Shown: in pieces, positions 27,097 through 36,257 of the stretch
How the letters are laid out: every line of letters begins with the position of its first letter
Position numbering within the stretch: the stretch's first letter is position 1
NCBI GenBank assembly: GCA_004212135.1
Contig: RXIE01000129.1
Span: 1 to 40,251, forward strand
Length of the DNA: 40,251 bases
Source of the DNA: Candidatus Methanophagales archaeon ANME-1-THS
GTDB lineage: Archaea > Halobacteriota > Syntropharchaeia > Alkanophagales > Methanospirareceae
Direction of reading: 5' to 3'
Position numbers and translations under genes: made by a program
Notes under the pieces: generated by a model
The model's database searches: none
Told to the model about the DNA's origin: nothing
Seen by the model: the letters and a program-made list of their open reading frames with translations, nothing else

Positions 27097-28547
27097 GGTA
27101 CTATACCTCCCATACCCATCAATGGCCAGATCACCGATTTAAGCCCGGGAATCAATGCGGTCGAGAGCGGCGGGAATACCAGCAAGACTGAGGTGATACC
27201 GATTAGAAAGAGTGGTACGTAGAGGTATCTACTTATCTCCTTTCGTGTGGTATCCTTGGGCTTGCCATAGAATACCTTCCGTATGGTGTAGAATCCATAC
27301 CACACTGAGAGGATGAACATGAAGATAACCGCCAGGAGGATTGCTAAACTCCCGGTAGAAACGCCGAACGTTTCCACCACACCACGCAATATGAAGAATT
27401 CACCGAGCATGCCAACCGTTAAGATCCCGCCGAGGTTCAGAAATCCGACCACCGCAGCATTTGAGATCGCCGGTATGGAATCGTGCAAGCCGCCCATCTG
27501 CCGAACATCACGAAGACCATGATGCACGGCGATGATCCCGCCCGCGCTCGAAAACAGGATTGACTTACCGAAGGCGTGCGACATGTACTGGATCACCACA
27601 CCGACCAGCCCAAACGGACCGAGACAGAGTGCAGCGAGGATATAACCCATCTGTGAGACGGTGGAGTATGCTAACAGCCGTTTGAAATCTGTCTGTTTGA
27701 AGACCGAGAACCCGGCATAAATGCTTGAAAAGAGCGCGTACCCAAAGATGTAGCTGCGATAGGTCACGATGAATGAGTAATCGATGAGTGCGATTCGCAG
27801 CAGAACATATCCAGCCAGACCAACGGTTAATGGGCTCAGCAGTGCACTTAATGGTGTTGGAGCTTCTGCATGCGCCCAGGGAAGCCATACATGGGGTCCT
27901 AACACGGGGAGCTCGATGACCATGCCCACGAAGATGAAGGGCCAGGCATATCGACCCACCGTCTCGATATATTTGAGCGCGAGTGTGTCATTGTTAATAC
28001 CGATGATGAGGAAGCCAGCGAGCGTAAGAACACCGGCTACTAAGCTCCAGATCAGGTACAATTGACCAACCCATCTCCGGTTTCCATAGCCATAGAAGTA
28101 GATGAGGAGGAACGCGGTGATCAGTGCGATCTCGAGGAAAATGTACAGGAGGATGAGATTGCCACTGTACACGAGCCACAACATCGAAGCGGCATAGAGA
28201 TCATACAGGAAGATATATTTCCTGAACTCGCTCTCAACACTGAGCTCCATCTCCACAAATCGGTGCTCCATATAGGGGAGCGCAAAAAGACCGACCATCG
28301 CAGAGACGATACAAATCGTCAGTCCAAATGCATGCGATATAAAGTCAGCACTGAGATAGAGCTCGCCTATTGGTGCTGAAAAGGTCATTAAATGGACCTC
28401 CGCGCAGCCGTAAAAGAGACACGAGAGGATGGCAAAGAACGGCAGCAGGAAGAACGACACGGTAAGATGGGTCGCGGCCTTTGGTTTCAAAAGTGGTGCT
28501 AAAACCGCTGCGAGGAGCGGCAAAATCAGAAAGTAGAGCAGCATCAT
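27093..28547 (-). CDS. fqoM: Fqo subunit M (NuoM, antiporter-like)
   Basis: YIFLE, HVWLPWAHAEAPTPLSALL, DFKRLLAYSTVSQMGY, HAFGKS, MGGL, GEF. Confidence 0.92.
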   Translation of the reverse strand: MMLLYFLILPLLAAVLAPLLKPKAATHLTVSFFLLPFFAILSCLFYGCAEVHLMTFSAPIGELYLSADFISHAFGLTICIVSAMVGLFALPYMEHRFVEMELSVESEFRKYIFLYDLYAASMLWLVYSGNLILLYIFLEIALITAFLLIYFYGYGNRRWVGQLYLIWSLVAGVLTLAGFLIIGINNDTLALKYIETVGRYAWPFIFVGMVIELPVLGPHVWLPWAHAEAPTPLSALLSPLTVGLAGYVLLRIALIDYSFIVTYRSYIFGYALFSSIYAGFSVFKQTDFKRLLAYSTVSQMGYILAALCLGPFGLVGVVIQYMSHAFGKSILFSSAGGIIAVHHGLRDVRQMGGLHDSIPAISNAAVVGFLNLGGILTVGMLGEFFILRGVVETFGVSTGSLAILLAVIFMFILSVWYGFYTIRKVFYGKPKDTTRKEISRYLYVPLFLIGITSVLLVFPPLSTALIPGLKSVIWPLMGMGGIVP

Positions 28548-28864
28548 ACTTGATCACCTCCTATAGTAATCACCGCGGTGTGAATATCCTTTTTCTGCCG
28601 GTCAAGTATCACAATTGCCGATATCAAGATTAACAGCTCGCCACTGCTCGCGAAGATCGTGATCACCGCAATACCGAATGCGGTATGAGCAGCAACTGAG
28701 AAGAGCGGAATCAATGCCATAAACACCGCACCAAACATCATCTCCAGTGATATAAGGAGCCGGATCACATCTTTACTCGAGATCGCTGTGAGGTAGCCCA
28801 CGAATAAGATTGCAAAGGACGCGGCATAGAGCACTGATATACTCGCGACATCAAGAGCAGCCAT
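28544..28864 (-). CDS. fqoK: Fqo subunit K (NuoK)
   Basis: 106 aa, three TM segments, LISLEMM and SSGELL conserved glutamates. Confidence 0.88.
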   Translation of the reverse strand: MAALDVASISVLYAASFAILFVGYLTAISSKDVIRLLISLEMMFGAVFMALIPLFSVAAHTAFGIAVITIFASSGELLILISAIVILDRQKKDIHTAVITIGGDQV

Positions 28865-29347
28865 TCAACTCCTCCCTCCTATCCCCATCTTTAATACGGA
28901 CAATAACAAGAGAATAACGAGCGCTATCAGCAGTATAACGACTAAAAAGTATTCGGTCGTGGATAGAAAATTCATCAGTTCAAATTGGATCTCGCCGGGC
29001 GATGCTGCCGGCGGATTGAAGATCGGGTAACTGTAAATGGAGAAGCCGATAATGAACGCAGCGAGAGCCACTGGCGCAGCCCAGAATACCGACACCTGCC
29101 TTACCGGTTCAGATCGATAGGTTGCTGCAAGCGCTACGGTGACAATACCAATCGCACCGACAAAGATAAACACGATCAATACGAAGACTGGTTGAAGATT
29201 GAAGAGAGCGTAAACCGCTGCAACAAAAATTAAGGTCCCGGACATGTAGAGCGAGGAGTAGAAATTATCTTTGCTCACGAGAACCCCGAGCGAGAATAAG
29301 ACGGCGATGCCTGCAAGCGCTGACAGCAACAGCACATCTGCACTCAT
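28865..29347 (-). CDS. fqoJ: Fqo subunit J (NuoJ)
   Basis: Five TM segments, KDNFYSSLY, IFVGAIGIV; first gene of the operon. Confidence 0.85.
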   Translation of the reverse strand: MSADVLLLSALAGIAVLFSLGVLVSKDNFYSSLYMSGTLIFVAAVYALFNLQPVFVLIVFIFVGAIGIVTVALAATYRSEPVRQVSVFWAAPVALAAFIIGFSIYSYPIFNPPAASPGEIQFELMNFLSTTEYFLVVILLIALVILLLLSVLKMGIGGRS

Positions 29348-29350
29348 GGA

Positions 29351-29392
29351 ATGACAATTTTTGTCATCTCTTTAAAAAACTTTCGTTTTTTT
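29351..29392 (-). promoter_or_regulatory. fqo operon promoter (BRE + TATA) with palindromic putative operator
   Basis: Minus strand AAAAAACGAAAG-TTTTTTAAA about 24 nt before the ATG; perfect ATGACAA-N3-TTGTCAT palindrome at 29351-29367. Confidence 0.65.
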
Positions 29393-29519
29393 TCAGATGC
29401 CCCAGGATCACAGGTTGTCCACGCCCTGTAAAGGGGGATAAAAAAGAATTCGGCATAACTCGTCTGAGCTTCAGCGTGAACAGAGCGCTCACGTGCGGAC
29501 GAAAGAGGGCTTCTCTTTC

Positions 29520-30524
29520 TTATATAAAGGTATTCGAGACGTGGATTTTTATTCGTTCCATAGAAAACTGGGCGATGAACTGGAGTTTCTGCTTCGCCTC
29601 CGAATCTTCGAGTCCCGCAATACAATTCCGCGCTGTTCGTACAAACTCTTCAGCGAGCTGAAGTGCGTACTCGATTGAACCTGCGTCGACCAAAATGCTC
29701 CTCACCCGGTTGATGTCAAAGATGCCAGGGTCTCGTTCTCGAGACAGAATCGCTTTTATATACTCCTTTTCAGATTCGTTTGAATGATGTAACGCGTGGA
29801 TGACGAGCAATGTCTGCTCACCATTTTTAATGTCCAATCCCACAGGCTTGCCAGTATTCGCCGGGTCACCGCAGATATCCAGGATATCATCTTGAATCTG
29901 GAACGCAACCCCTAGGTTCTTACCATAGGTACGCAGATTCTCGATTTCCACTTCGTTTCCGCCTCCGAGTACCGCACCCGCTTCCGCGCTCGCCATAAAA
30001 GTCGCAGCCGTCTTCAGTTCAGCGACTTCCATGTACGAATGCAGGTTCGCCTCTTGCAAGGTTCGTAACGTGAACTCCAGGTATTCCCCCATCGCAATAT
30101 CCGCCACCGCATTCGAGACCAGGCTCACGACTTCCGGGACACCGCAGCGTGCAAGCATCTCGCACGAGAGCCCGAATAAAAGATCACCGATAATAATCGC
30201 CTTCTTTTCACCGTATCTCGCGGGATTAGACGGATTTTTTCGGCGAATGTCGTTCTCATCGATGATATCATCATGTACCAGAGACGCATTGTGAAGCAGT
30301 TCAATCGCTATGGCGGTCGATAGCGCTTTTTCACGTGAACCGCCCACGGCTTCTGCTGAAAGAAGGCATATGATAGGTCTCAGTCGCTTGCCGCCGGTCT
30401 CCTGTATGTAGGTCAGCGCGTCGCGTAAGATCTCATGGTTGCATTCGAGCAATTTTTGCTCGATGACCTCACCTAACTTCTGATTGAAATACAGTACCTC
30501 CTCGTGGAATAGCCGCTCCTTCAT
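29520..30524 (-). CDS. All-trans polyprenyl diphosphate synthase, probably longer-chain (>C20) type
   Basis: GGKRLRP, FARM HNASLVHDDIID...RR, KTA, SARM FQIQDDILD, GKPVGLDI; Ala at position -5 of the FARM. Confidence 0.9.
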   Translation of the reverse strand: MKERLFHEEVLYFNQKLGEVIEQKLLECNHEILRDALTYIQETGGKRLRPIICLLSAEAVGGSREKALSTAIAIELLHNASLVHDDIIDENDIRRKNPSNPARYGEKKAIIIGDLLFGLSCEMLARCGVPEVVSLVSNAVADIAMGEYLEFTLRTLQEANLHSYMEVAELKTAATFMASAEAGAVLGGGNEVEIENLRTYGKNLGVAFQIQDDILDICGDPANTGKPVGLDIKNGEQTLLVIHALHHSNESEKEYIKAILSRERDPGIFDINRVRSILVDAGSIEYALQLAEEFVRTARNCIAGLEDSEAKQKLQFIAQFSMERIKIHVSNTFI

Positions 30525-30683
30525 TCGTTCCTACTCCTTATTATACCACCCTTTTATAAATACCCCTTATTTTTGTACCGATGAGCATATGCGATTGATA
30601 TCGGTTCTCCCTGTGGCGCGGCTCTTTCGCCCGTCAACAGGTGACCCGTTTTGTAAAAGCTCGGCTGATCTACCGCCGACTTT

Positions 30684-32741
30684 CTAGCGGGCTTCTTGGA
30701 GCTTCGCCTCTGCATTCCCGTTCTTCTCGCCCCACTGCAGGAAATTGCAGTACGGACAGCCGAAATCCCACGGGCGCTTCATACCACGCTTCATTATCCT
30801 CAACTTGAATAAGAACGGGTGTGTAGCACAGGCATCCGGGGTGACGATTACTCGCCCACTTTTGGGGAGTGGCAACGAGAACGTGCAGGTTGGATAATTC
30901 AGACAGCCCACGAATCGCTTTCCCCGTGGTGAACTCGCGAGGAAGAGATCAGAGCCACATTGGGGGCATCTTCCGAGTATCGTATCCACTCTGATCGCTT
31001 CTTTAAGTGATTTCACGATCTCCTCTCGGTTCTGCGTCATCTCCGTGAAGACGAGGCGCAGCATATCCCTCGAATCATGTACCACGTCCTTCTTCATTCG
31101 TTTCCCGTCACGTATCTCATCCATCTCCAGCTCCAGCGTCTTGGTCATCTCCGGTTTCGTGAGCATCGCCGCATATTTTTCCAGTGAATCGATGAGTGCG
31201 AATGCCTTCTCAGTCGGTTTAACCGGATTATCCTGCACATAGCCGCGTTCGTACAACTTTCCTATAATCTCATGTCGTGTGCTCTTCGTGCCCAGCCCCA
31301 GATCTTCCATCTTTTTTATCAAGCTCGCCTGTGAAATCCTGTTTGGTGGTTTTGTCTCCTTCTCCACGACCTCTACGTGCTCAAGTGTAACGTTCTCGCC
31401 CGTTTTTAACTGCGGTAAGATCCATTCCTCTTTCTTCTGATAGGGATAGACGGCGAGGAATCCGGGGTCCTTTAACGCTCTTCCCTTTGCTACCAAAGTC
31501 TCGCCGCCGAGCTCGATCTGGACTTCGGTATCCTCCCAATGTGCGGGATCTGAGAGCGTTGCTAAAAACCGCCGTACGACCAGTTCATAAATCTTCCATT
31601 CCGCCGTGCTGATCTTTTCGCGCGAGGCTCCTGAGACGGGATGTATCGGTGGATGGTCCGTGGTTCGTTTTTTGCCAGCAGTTGGCTTCAATTGCTTCTT
31701 CCGCGTTATCATGCGAGCATGCGCGCCGAATTCCTCATGCTCGATAAACATCGTCACCAGCGCCTTTAGATCAAGCGTATCGGGATACGTCGTATTATCC
31801 GTGCGATGGTACGAGATGAGCCCGTGCAGATATAAGCTCTCCGCGATATTCATTGCCCGCTTCGGTGCATAGCCAAGCGCAGATGCAGCCCGTATAAATC
31901 CGGTTGTATCAAACGGAACAGGTGGTTTCTCCTCTCTCGACCGTGTCTCCACCGCACGAACCGAGCCGTCCTTTGCAGCTTCAATCCTCGCTTTTATTAT
32001 CTCGACTTCTGCTCGTTCCCAGAATTTTTGTGTCTCATGGGTGACCTCGAAGCGCTCGCCCGTTTCCGTCCTCACCATTGCATGCAGCTCCCAGTAGGTA
32101 CGGGGGACGAATTTCCCGATCTCTTTCTCCTTCGCCACTAACAGTGCGAGTGTTGGTGATTGCACCCGGCCAACTGAAAGGAAGTCCTCACCTAACCGAT
32201 TCGCCGAGAGGGAGATGAACCGTGTCAGTGCTGCTCCCCATATTAAGTCGATGATCCCTCTCGCTTCAGCGGAGGCCGCCAGGTTATAATCAACCGCACT
32301 CCGGTTGGCGAAACTTTCTTTTATCGCTTGCTCGGTTATCGCACTGTATCGCATCCGGTCAACCTGCACGTCAGGATTTATTTTTTTGATGATGCGGAGC
32401 GCTTCCACACCGATCAACTCACCTTCGCGGTCATAGTCTGTGGCGATCGTGATAGACCTCGCGTTCCGTGCGATGTGTACCAGTGCATTCACAATACTCT
32501 TTTTTATCGCAACGGGTATGATCTTGGCGTCTATCAGCGTGTAGGGATTTATCTTGCTCCAGTTACTATACCGTGTTGGGAAGTCCAGACGAAAGACATG
32601 TCCGCTCAGGCCGGCGATGACCGTTTCATCGAACTCATAGGCCTCGATCCCCTCGATCTTGCTCTTCTTTGCCTTACCGGCTGATAGAATCGCGGCGATT
32701 CGCTTTGCTGTTGTCCCCTTCTCAGTGATTATGTAGTGCAT
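30684..32741 (-). CDS. topA: DNA topoisomerase I (type IA) with C-terminal zinc ribbons
   Basis: IITEK, ATDYDREGE, SVGRVQSPTL, ISYHRTD (catalytic Tyr), GLGTKSTR, CPQCG..GC.NYP.C. Confidence 0.95.
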   Translation of the reverse strand: MHYIITEKGTTAKRIAAILSAGKAKKSKIEGIEAYEFDETVIAGLSGHVFRLDFPTRYSNWSKINPYTLIDAKIIPVAIKKSIVNALVHIARNARSITIATDYDREGELIGVEALRIIKKINPDVQVDRMRYSAITEQAIKESFANRSAVDYNLAASAEARGIIDLIWGAALTRFISLSANRLGEDFLSVGRVQSPTLALLVAKEKEIGKFVPRTYWELHAMVRTETGERFEVTHETQKFWERAEVEIIKARIEAAKDGSVRAVETRSREEKPPVPFDTTGFIRAASALGYAPKRAMNIAESLYLHGLISYHRTDNTTYPDTLDLKALVTMFIEHEEFGAHARMITRKKQLKPTAGKKRTTDHPPIHPVSGASREKISTAEWKIYELVVRRFLATLSDPAHWEDTEVQIELGGETLVAKGRALKDPGFLAVYPYQKKEEWILPQLKTGENVTLEHVEVVEKETKPPNRISQASLIKKMEDLGLGTKSTRHEIIGKLYERGYVQDNPVKPTEKAFALIDSLEKYAAMLTKPEMTKTLELEMDEIRDGKRMKKDVVHDSRDMLRLVFTEMTQNREEIVKSLKEAIRVDTILGRCPQCGSDLFLASSPRGKRFVGCLNYPTCTFSLPLPKSGRVIVTPDACATHPFLFKLRIMKRGMKRPWDFGCPYCNFLQWGEKNGNAEAKLQEAR

Positions 32742-32895
32742 GCTCCTCGATTTTCATGCGATCTTAGCCCGGTTGACTGTATAGCTGATAGGATCGTGGT
32801 ATTTAAAGTAAGTAACCTCCACTGGCAGATAATAATATGTTATTATAGTAATTGCTGTATCAGTAAGTATTATCTATTAATTTACCTTCTCCACG

Positions 32896-34341
32896 TCAAT
32901 GGGCGTTTTGTTCGTACCAGTACGCTGCTCTTAACAGGGCATCCTCTTCAAAATGGGTTGCCACGAGCTGTAACCCGATCGGTAAACCGTGCGAAGACCC
33001 ACAGGGAAGCGATATTGAAGGGACACCTGCGAGATTAACCGAGACGGTATTCACATCGGCGAGATATAACGAAAGCGGGTCTTTTATCCGTTCACCGAGC
33101 TTAAAGGCGACGAACGGCATGGTTGGCATCGCCAGTATATCATGGCTTTTCAATGCTTCCTCAAATTCATGCTTTATCAGCGTTCGGACCTTCAATGCCT
33201 TCAAATAATACTTCCCGTAGTAACCAGCCGAGAGTGCGTACGTGCCAAGAATAATCCGCCGTTTCACTTCTTCGCCAAATCCTTCGCTCCGTATCCTCGA
33301 GAACGTGGTATGCCAATCTTCATCTTTGCCAGTTCGGAGTCCGTATCTGAGCCCGTCGAATCGCGCAAGATTTGAGGATGCTTCGGACATCGCAATGAGG
33401 TAATAGGCCGCAAGCGCATAGTTCAAGTTCCGCATTCGGAGCTCCGTATAGGTCGCCCCGAAATCCTCAAAGGTATGGATCGCGTCCCATACCGATCGTT
33501 CAACCTCCGGAGAAGAGCCCTCGATGAATTCACGGGGAACGCCGATCCTCATGCCTTTAATCGCAGCAGGTTCAGTTCGTGGTACGTCGAGCCACGAGCA
33601 GCGGTAGTTCGTCGGTGCGTTATTCGGTAGCTTTATCTGCGTACTGTCGCGTTCATCCTTCGCGGCTAGTACTTCTAAGAGTAACGCGGTGTCCATCACC
33701 GTGGATGCCATTGGTCCTATCTGCTCTAAGGAATTGGCATACGCGATGAGCCCGTATCGTGAAACAAACCCATAGGTGGGCTTCAGTCCGGTGATTCCGC
33801 AGAACGAAGCCGGGCACCTTATCGAGCCGCCGGTATCAGAACCGAGTGCCAGAACACTTTCTCCTGCGGCTATCGCCGCTGCGCTACCACCCGAAGAGCC
33901 GCCAGGCACTCTGGTGAGGTCATGGGGGTTTTTTGTCGGCCCGAAATAACTGGTTTCAGTCGAAGAACCCATACAGAACTCATCCATATTCGTTTTCCCG
34001 AGAATAATAGCCCCTTCGTTCTTCAAGGCCTCGATGACCGTGGCATTGTAGGGAGGAATGTAACCCATAAGAATCTTTGATGCGCACGTCGTTTGAATGC
34101 CCCGTGTCGAGATACTGTCTTTGATGGCTATGGGCACTCCGAGCAGCTTCTTTTGCCTGTATTTTTCTTCCTCGTGTCTCTTATCCACGTCTCGCGCGTC
34201 TTCAATCGCGGCTTCCTTATTCAACGTAATATAGCAATTTAATTCGCTCCGCTCTATCCGTTCAAAGATCCTGTGGATCAATTCCTCACATGAGCTATTT
34301 CCACGTTTTATCTCCTCTACGACTTCCACTGCGGTCAGCAT
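32896..34341 (-). CDS. gatA: Asp/Glu-tRNA amidotransferase subunit A
   Basis: GVPIAIKD, GKTNMDEF, PGGSSGGSAAA, GSDTGGSIRCPA, SSNLARFDGLRYG, FGEEVKRRIILGTY. Confidence 0.96.
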   Translation of the reverse strand: MLTAVEVVEEIKRGNSSCEELIHRIFERIERSELNCYITLNKEAAIEDARDVDKRHEEEKYRQKKLLGVPIAIKDSISTRGIQTTCASKILMGYIPPYNATVIEALKNEGAIILGKTNMDEFCMGSSTETSYFGPTKNPHDLTRVPGGSSGGSAAAIAAGESVLALGSDTGGSIRCPASFCGITGLKPTYGFVSRYGLIAYANSLEQIGPMASTVMDTALLLEVLAAKDERDSTQIKLPNNAPTNYRCSWLDVPRTEPAAIKGMRIGVPREFIEGSSPEVERSVWDAIHTFEDFGATYTELRMRNLNYALAAYYLIAMSEASSNLARFDGLRYGLRTGKDEDWHTTFSRIRSEGFGEEVKRRIILGTYALSAGYYGKYYLKALKVRTLIKHEFEEALKSHDILAMPTMPFVAFKLGERIKDPLSLYLADVNTVSVNLAGVPSISLPCGSSHGLPIGLQLVATHFEEDALLRAAYWYEQNAH

Positions 34342-34424
34342 GGGTTCTTATCACTCTATTAAGATGGACGTACTTTTATATATCTCATCGGGTTTAAAAT
34401 TACTACAGATGTCAGAACTGATGG

Positions 34425-35912
34425 ATGGTATGTATGAACCGGAAAACGAGATCAGTATGTCCGCGGTGCCTCGAGGTTATTGATGCGGACGTGTATGAAG
34501 AGGGCGGTAAAATACTGATAAGGAAGAGATGTGAGGAGCACGGCGAATTTGATGATGTCTACTGGTCGGATGCTGACCTTTATAAGAAATTTGCGAAGTG
34601 GCAGTATAGAGGTACTGCGGGTATCAAACTTACTGAGAGCGATAAGGGCTGCTTTTTCGATTGCGGACTCTGTCCCGCGCATAAGAGCTCGACCTTGCTC
34701 GCCATTATAGACCTCACGAACCGGTGTAACCAGCGCTGTCCCACCTGTTTTGCAAATGCTGCGGTCACCGGTTATCTGTACGAGCCGACGGTGGAGCAGC
34801 TTGAGGAGATGATGAAACTGCTCAGGAGCGAAGTGCCGCCATGTCCAGCGGTACAGTTTGCGGGCGGTGAGCCGACCATGCGAAACGATTTCGTGGAGAT
34901 TGTTCGAATGGCACGCACGCTTGGCTTCCCTCATGTGCAGGTCGCGACGAATGGGATGGTAATGGCACGGAGCGTAGCCTTCTGTCATGACTTGAAAGAG
35001 GCCGGCTTGCATACGGTGTATCTCCAATTTGACGGCATGACTGAAGAACCCTACAAGCAATTGAGGGGCTATTCAGCCTTAAACACGAAGTTAAAGGCGA
35101 TAGAGAACTGTCGGAGAGGTGGGATCAAGAGTATCGTGCTCGTTCCCACGCTCATGAAAGGGGTGAACGACGACCAGATCGGTAATATGGTCCGATTTGC
35201 AGCGAGCAATCTGGACGTTATCAAGGGTCTGAATGCACAACCTATTGCGTTTGAGGGGCGAGTAGACGAGTCAATAAGGAAAAAAGGGCGAATAACCATT
35301 CCGGATTTCATCCATCTCCTGGAAGAGCAGACTGATGGCGAGATACCGAAAGAGAGTTTTTATCCCGTGCCGTTCGTCATCCCGGTCTCTCATTTCGTTG
35401 AGGCGTGGAAGAAGGTCCCACAGATCGAATTCACGGTGCATCCACATTGCGGCGCCGCAACGTATCTCTTTGTCGAAAACGGGAGGTTCATACCCATAAC
35501 GGACTTTATTGATGTTGAGGGTTTCATAGAATTCACCAGGAGGGCCGCGGAGGAGATGAACCGGTCGAAGGTCGGCAAGCTGAAAGCAATCGCCGGGCTT
35601 ATAGCCGCGTTACGGAAATTTATTGACAAGGAGCGGGCGCCTGAGGGTATCGATTCGTTAACGCTCCTGGCAAATATTCTGGGAATAGGAACTCGCGATT
35701 CTCTTGCGGATTTTCATCGTAAAACGCTTTTTATCGGTGTGATGCACTTCCAGGATCCATATAACTTTGATTTGGAACGAGTTAAGAGCTGCGGCATCCA
35801 TTATGCCACGCCGGACCTTCGTATAATCCCATTCTGTTCTTACAACGCGTTTCACCGACCGTTAGTCGAGAAAGCGTTCTCCACACCGCTCAATAAATTT
35901 CGTTCGGACTGA
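34425..35912 (+). CDS. tes: Radical SAM tetraether lipid synthase (Tes / GDGT-MAS, MJ0619 family)
   Basis: N-terminal CPRC...CEEHG metal site, C..DCGLCPAH, rSAM CNQRCPTC, VYLQFDG, HPHCG, FQDPYNFDLERVKSCGIHY, PFCSYN. Confidence 0.85.
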   Translation: MVCMNRKTRSVCPRCLEVIDADVYEEGGKILIRKRCEEHGEFDDVYWSDADLYKKFAKWQYRGTAGIKLTESDKGCFFDCGLCPAHKSSTLLAIIDLTNRCNQRCPTCFANAAVTGYLYEPTVEQLEEMMKLLRSEVPPCPAVQFAGGEPTMRNDFVEIVRMARTLGFPHVQVATNGMVMARSVAFCHDLKEAGLHTVYLQFDGMTEEPYKQLRGYSALNTKLKAIENCRRGGIKSIVLVPTLMKGVNDDQIGNMVRFAASNLDVIKGLNAQPIAFEGRVDESIRKKGRITIPDFIHLLEEQTDGEIPKESFYPVPFVIPVSHFVEAWKKVPQIEFTVHPHCGAATYLFVENGRFIPITDFIDVEGFIEFTRRAAEEMNRSKVGKLKAIAGLIAALRKFIDKERAPEGIDSLTLLANILGIGTRDSLADFHRKTLFIGVMHFQDPYNFDLERVKSCGIHYATPDLRIIPFCSYNAFHRPLVEKAFSTPLNKFRSD

Positions 35913-36257
35913 CGTGGAGCTGGGGACTCGGATATGAGTGCGCTCTGACCTCTGGTGCAGTTTGCCTTGCTTGAACTCTGGTTTCTTCGTTCAATACCTT
36001 TAAATAGAAAAAGGGCTGATATACACATGCCCTTTTCGAAGAGTAGTATGACCTCGCTCGACGAGCGAAGGACGATTACTATGGCAAACAAAGGGCTACA
36101 ACCCAAGCCGTATTGCACGGTCCCGGCGGTATGCTACATCAAAAATGATGGCGATGACCGTCAAGAGGCAACTACAATACGGTACACCACTTAAAGATAA
36201 AGCTTATCAATGATTCCCGTCTTGTTTAAGAAATCAAAAAGGGTCCGTGAAGGAGGC

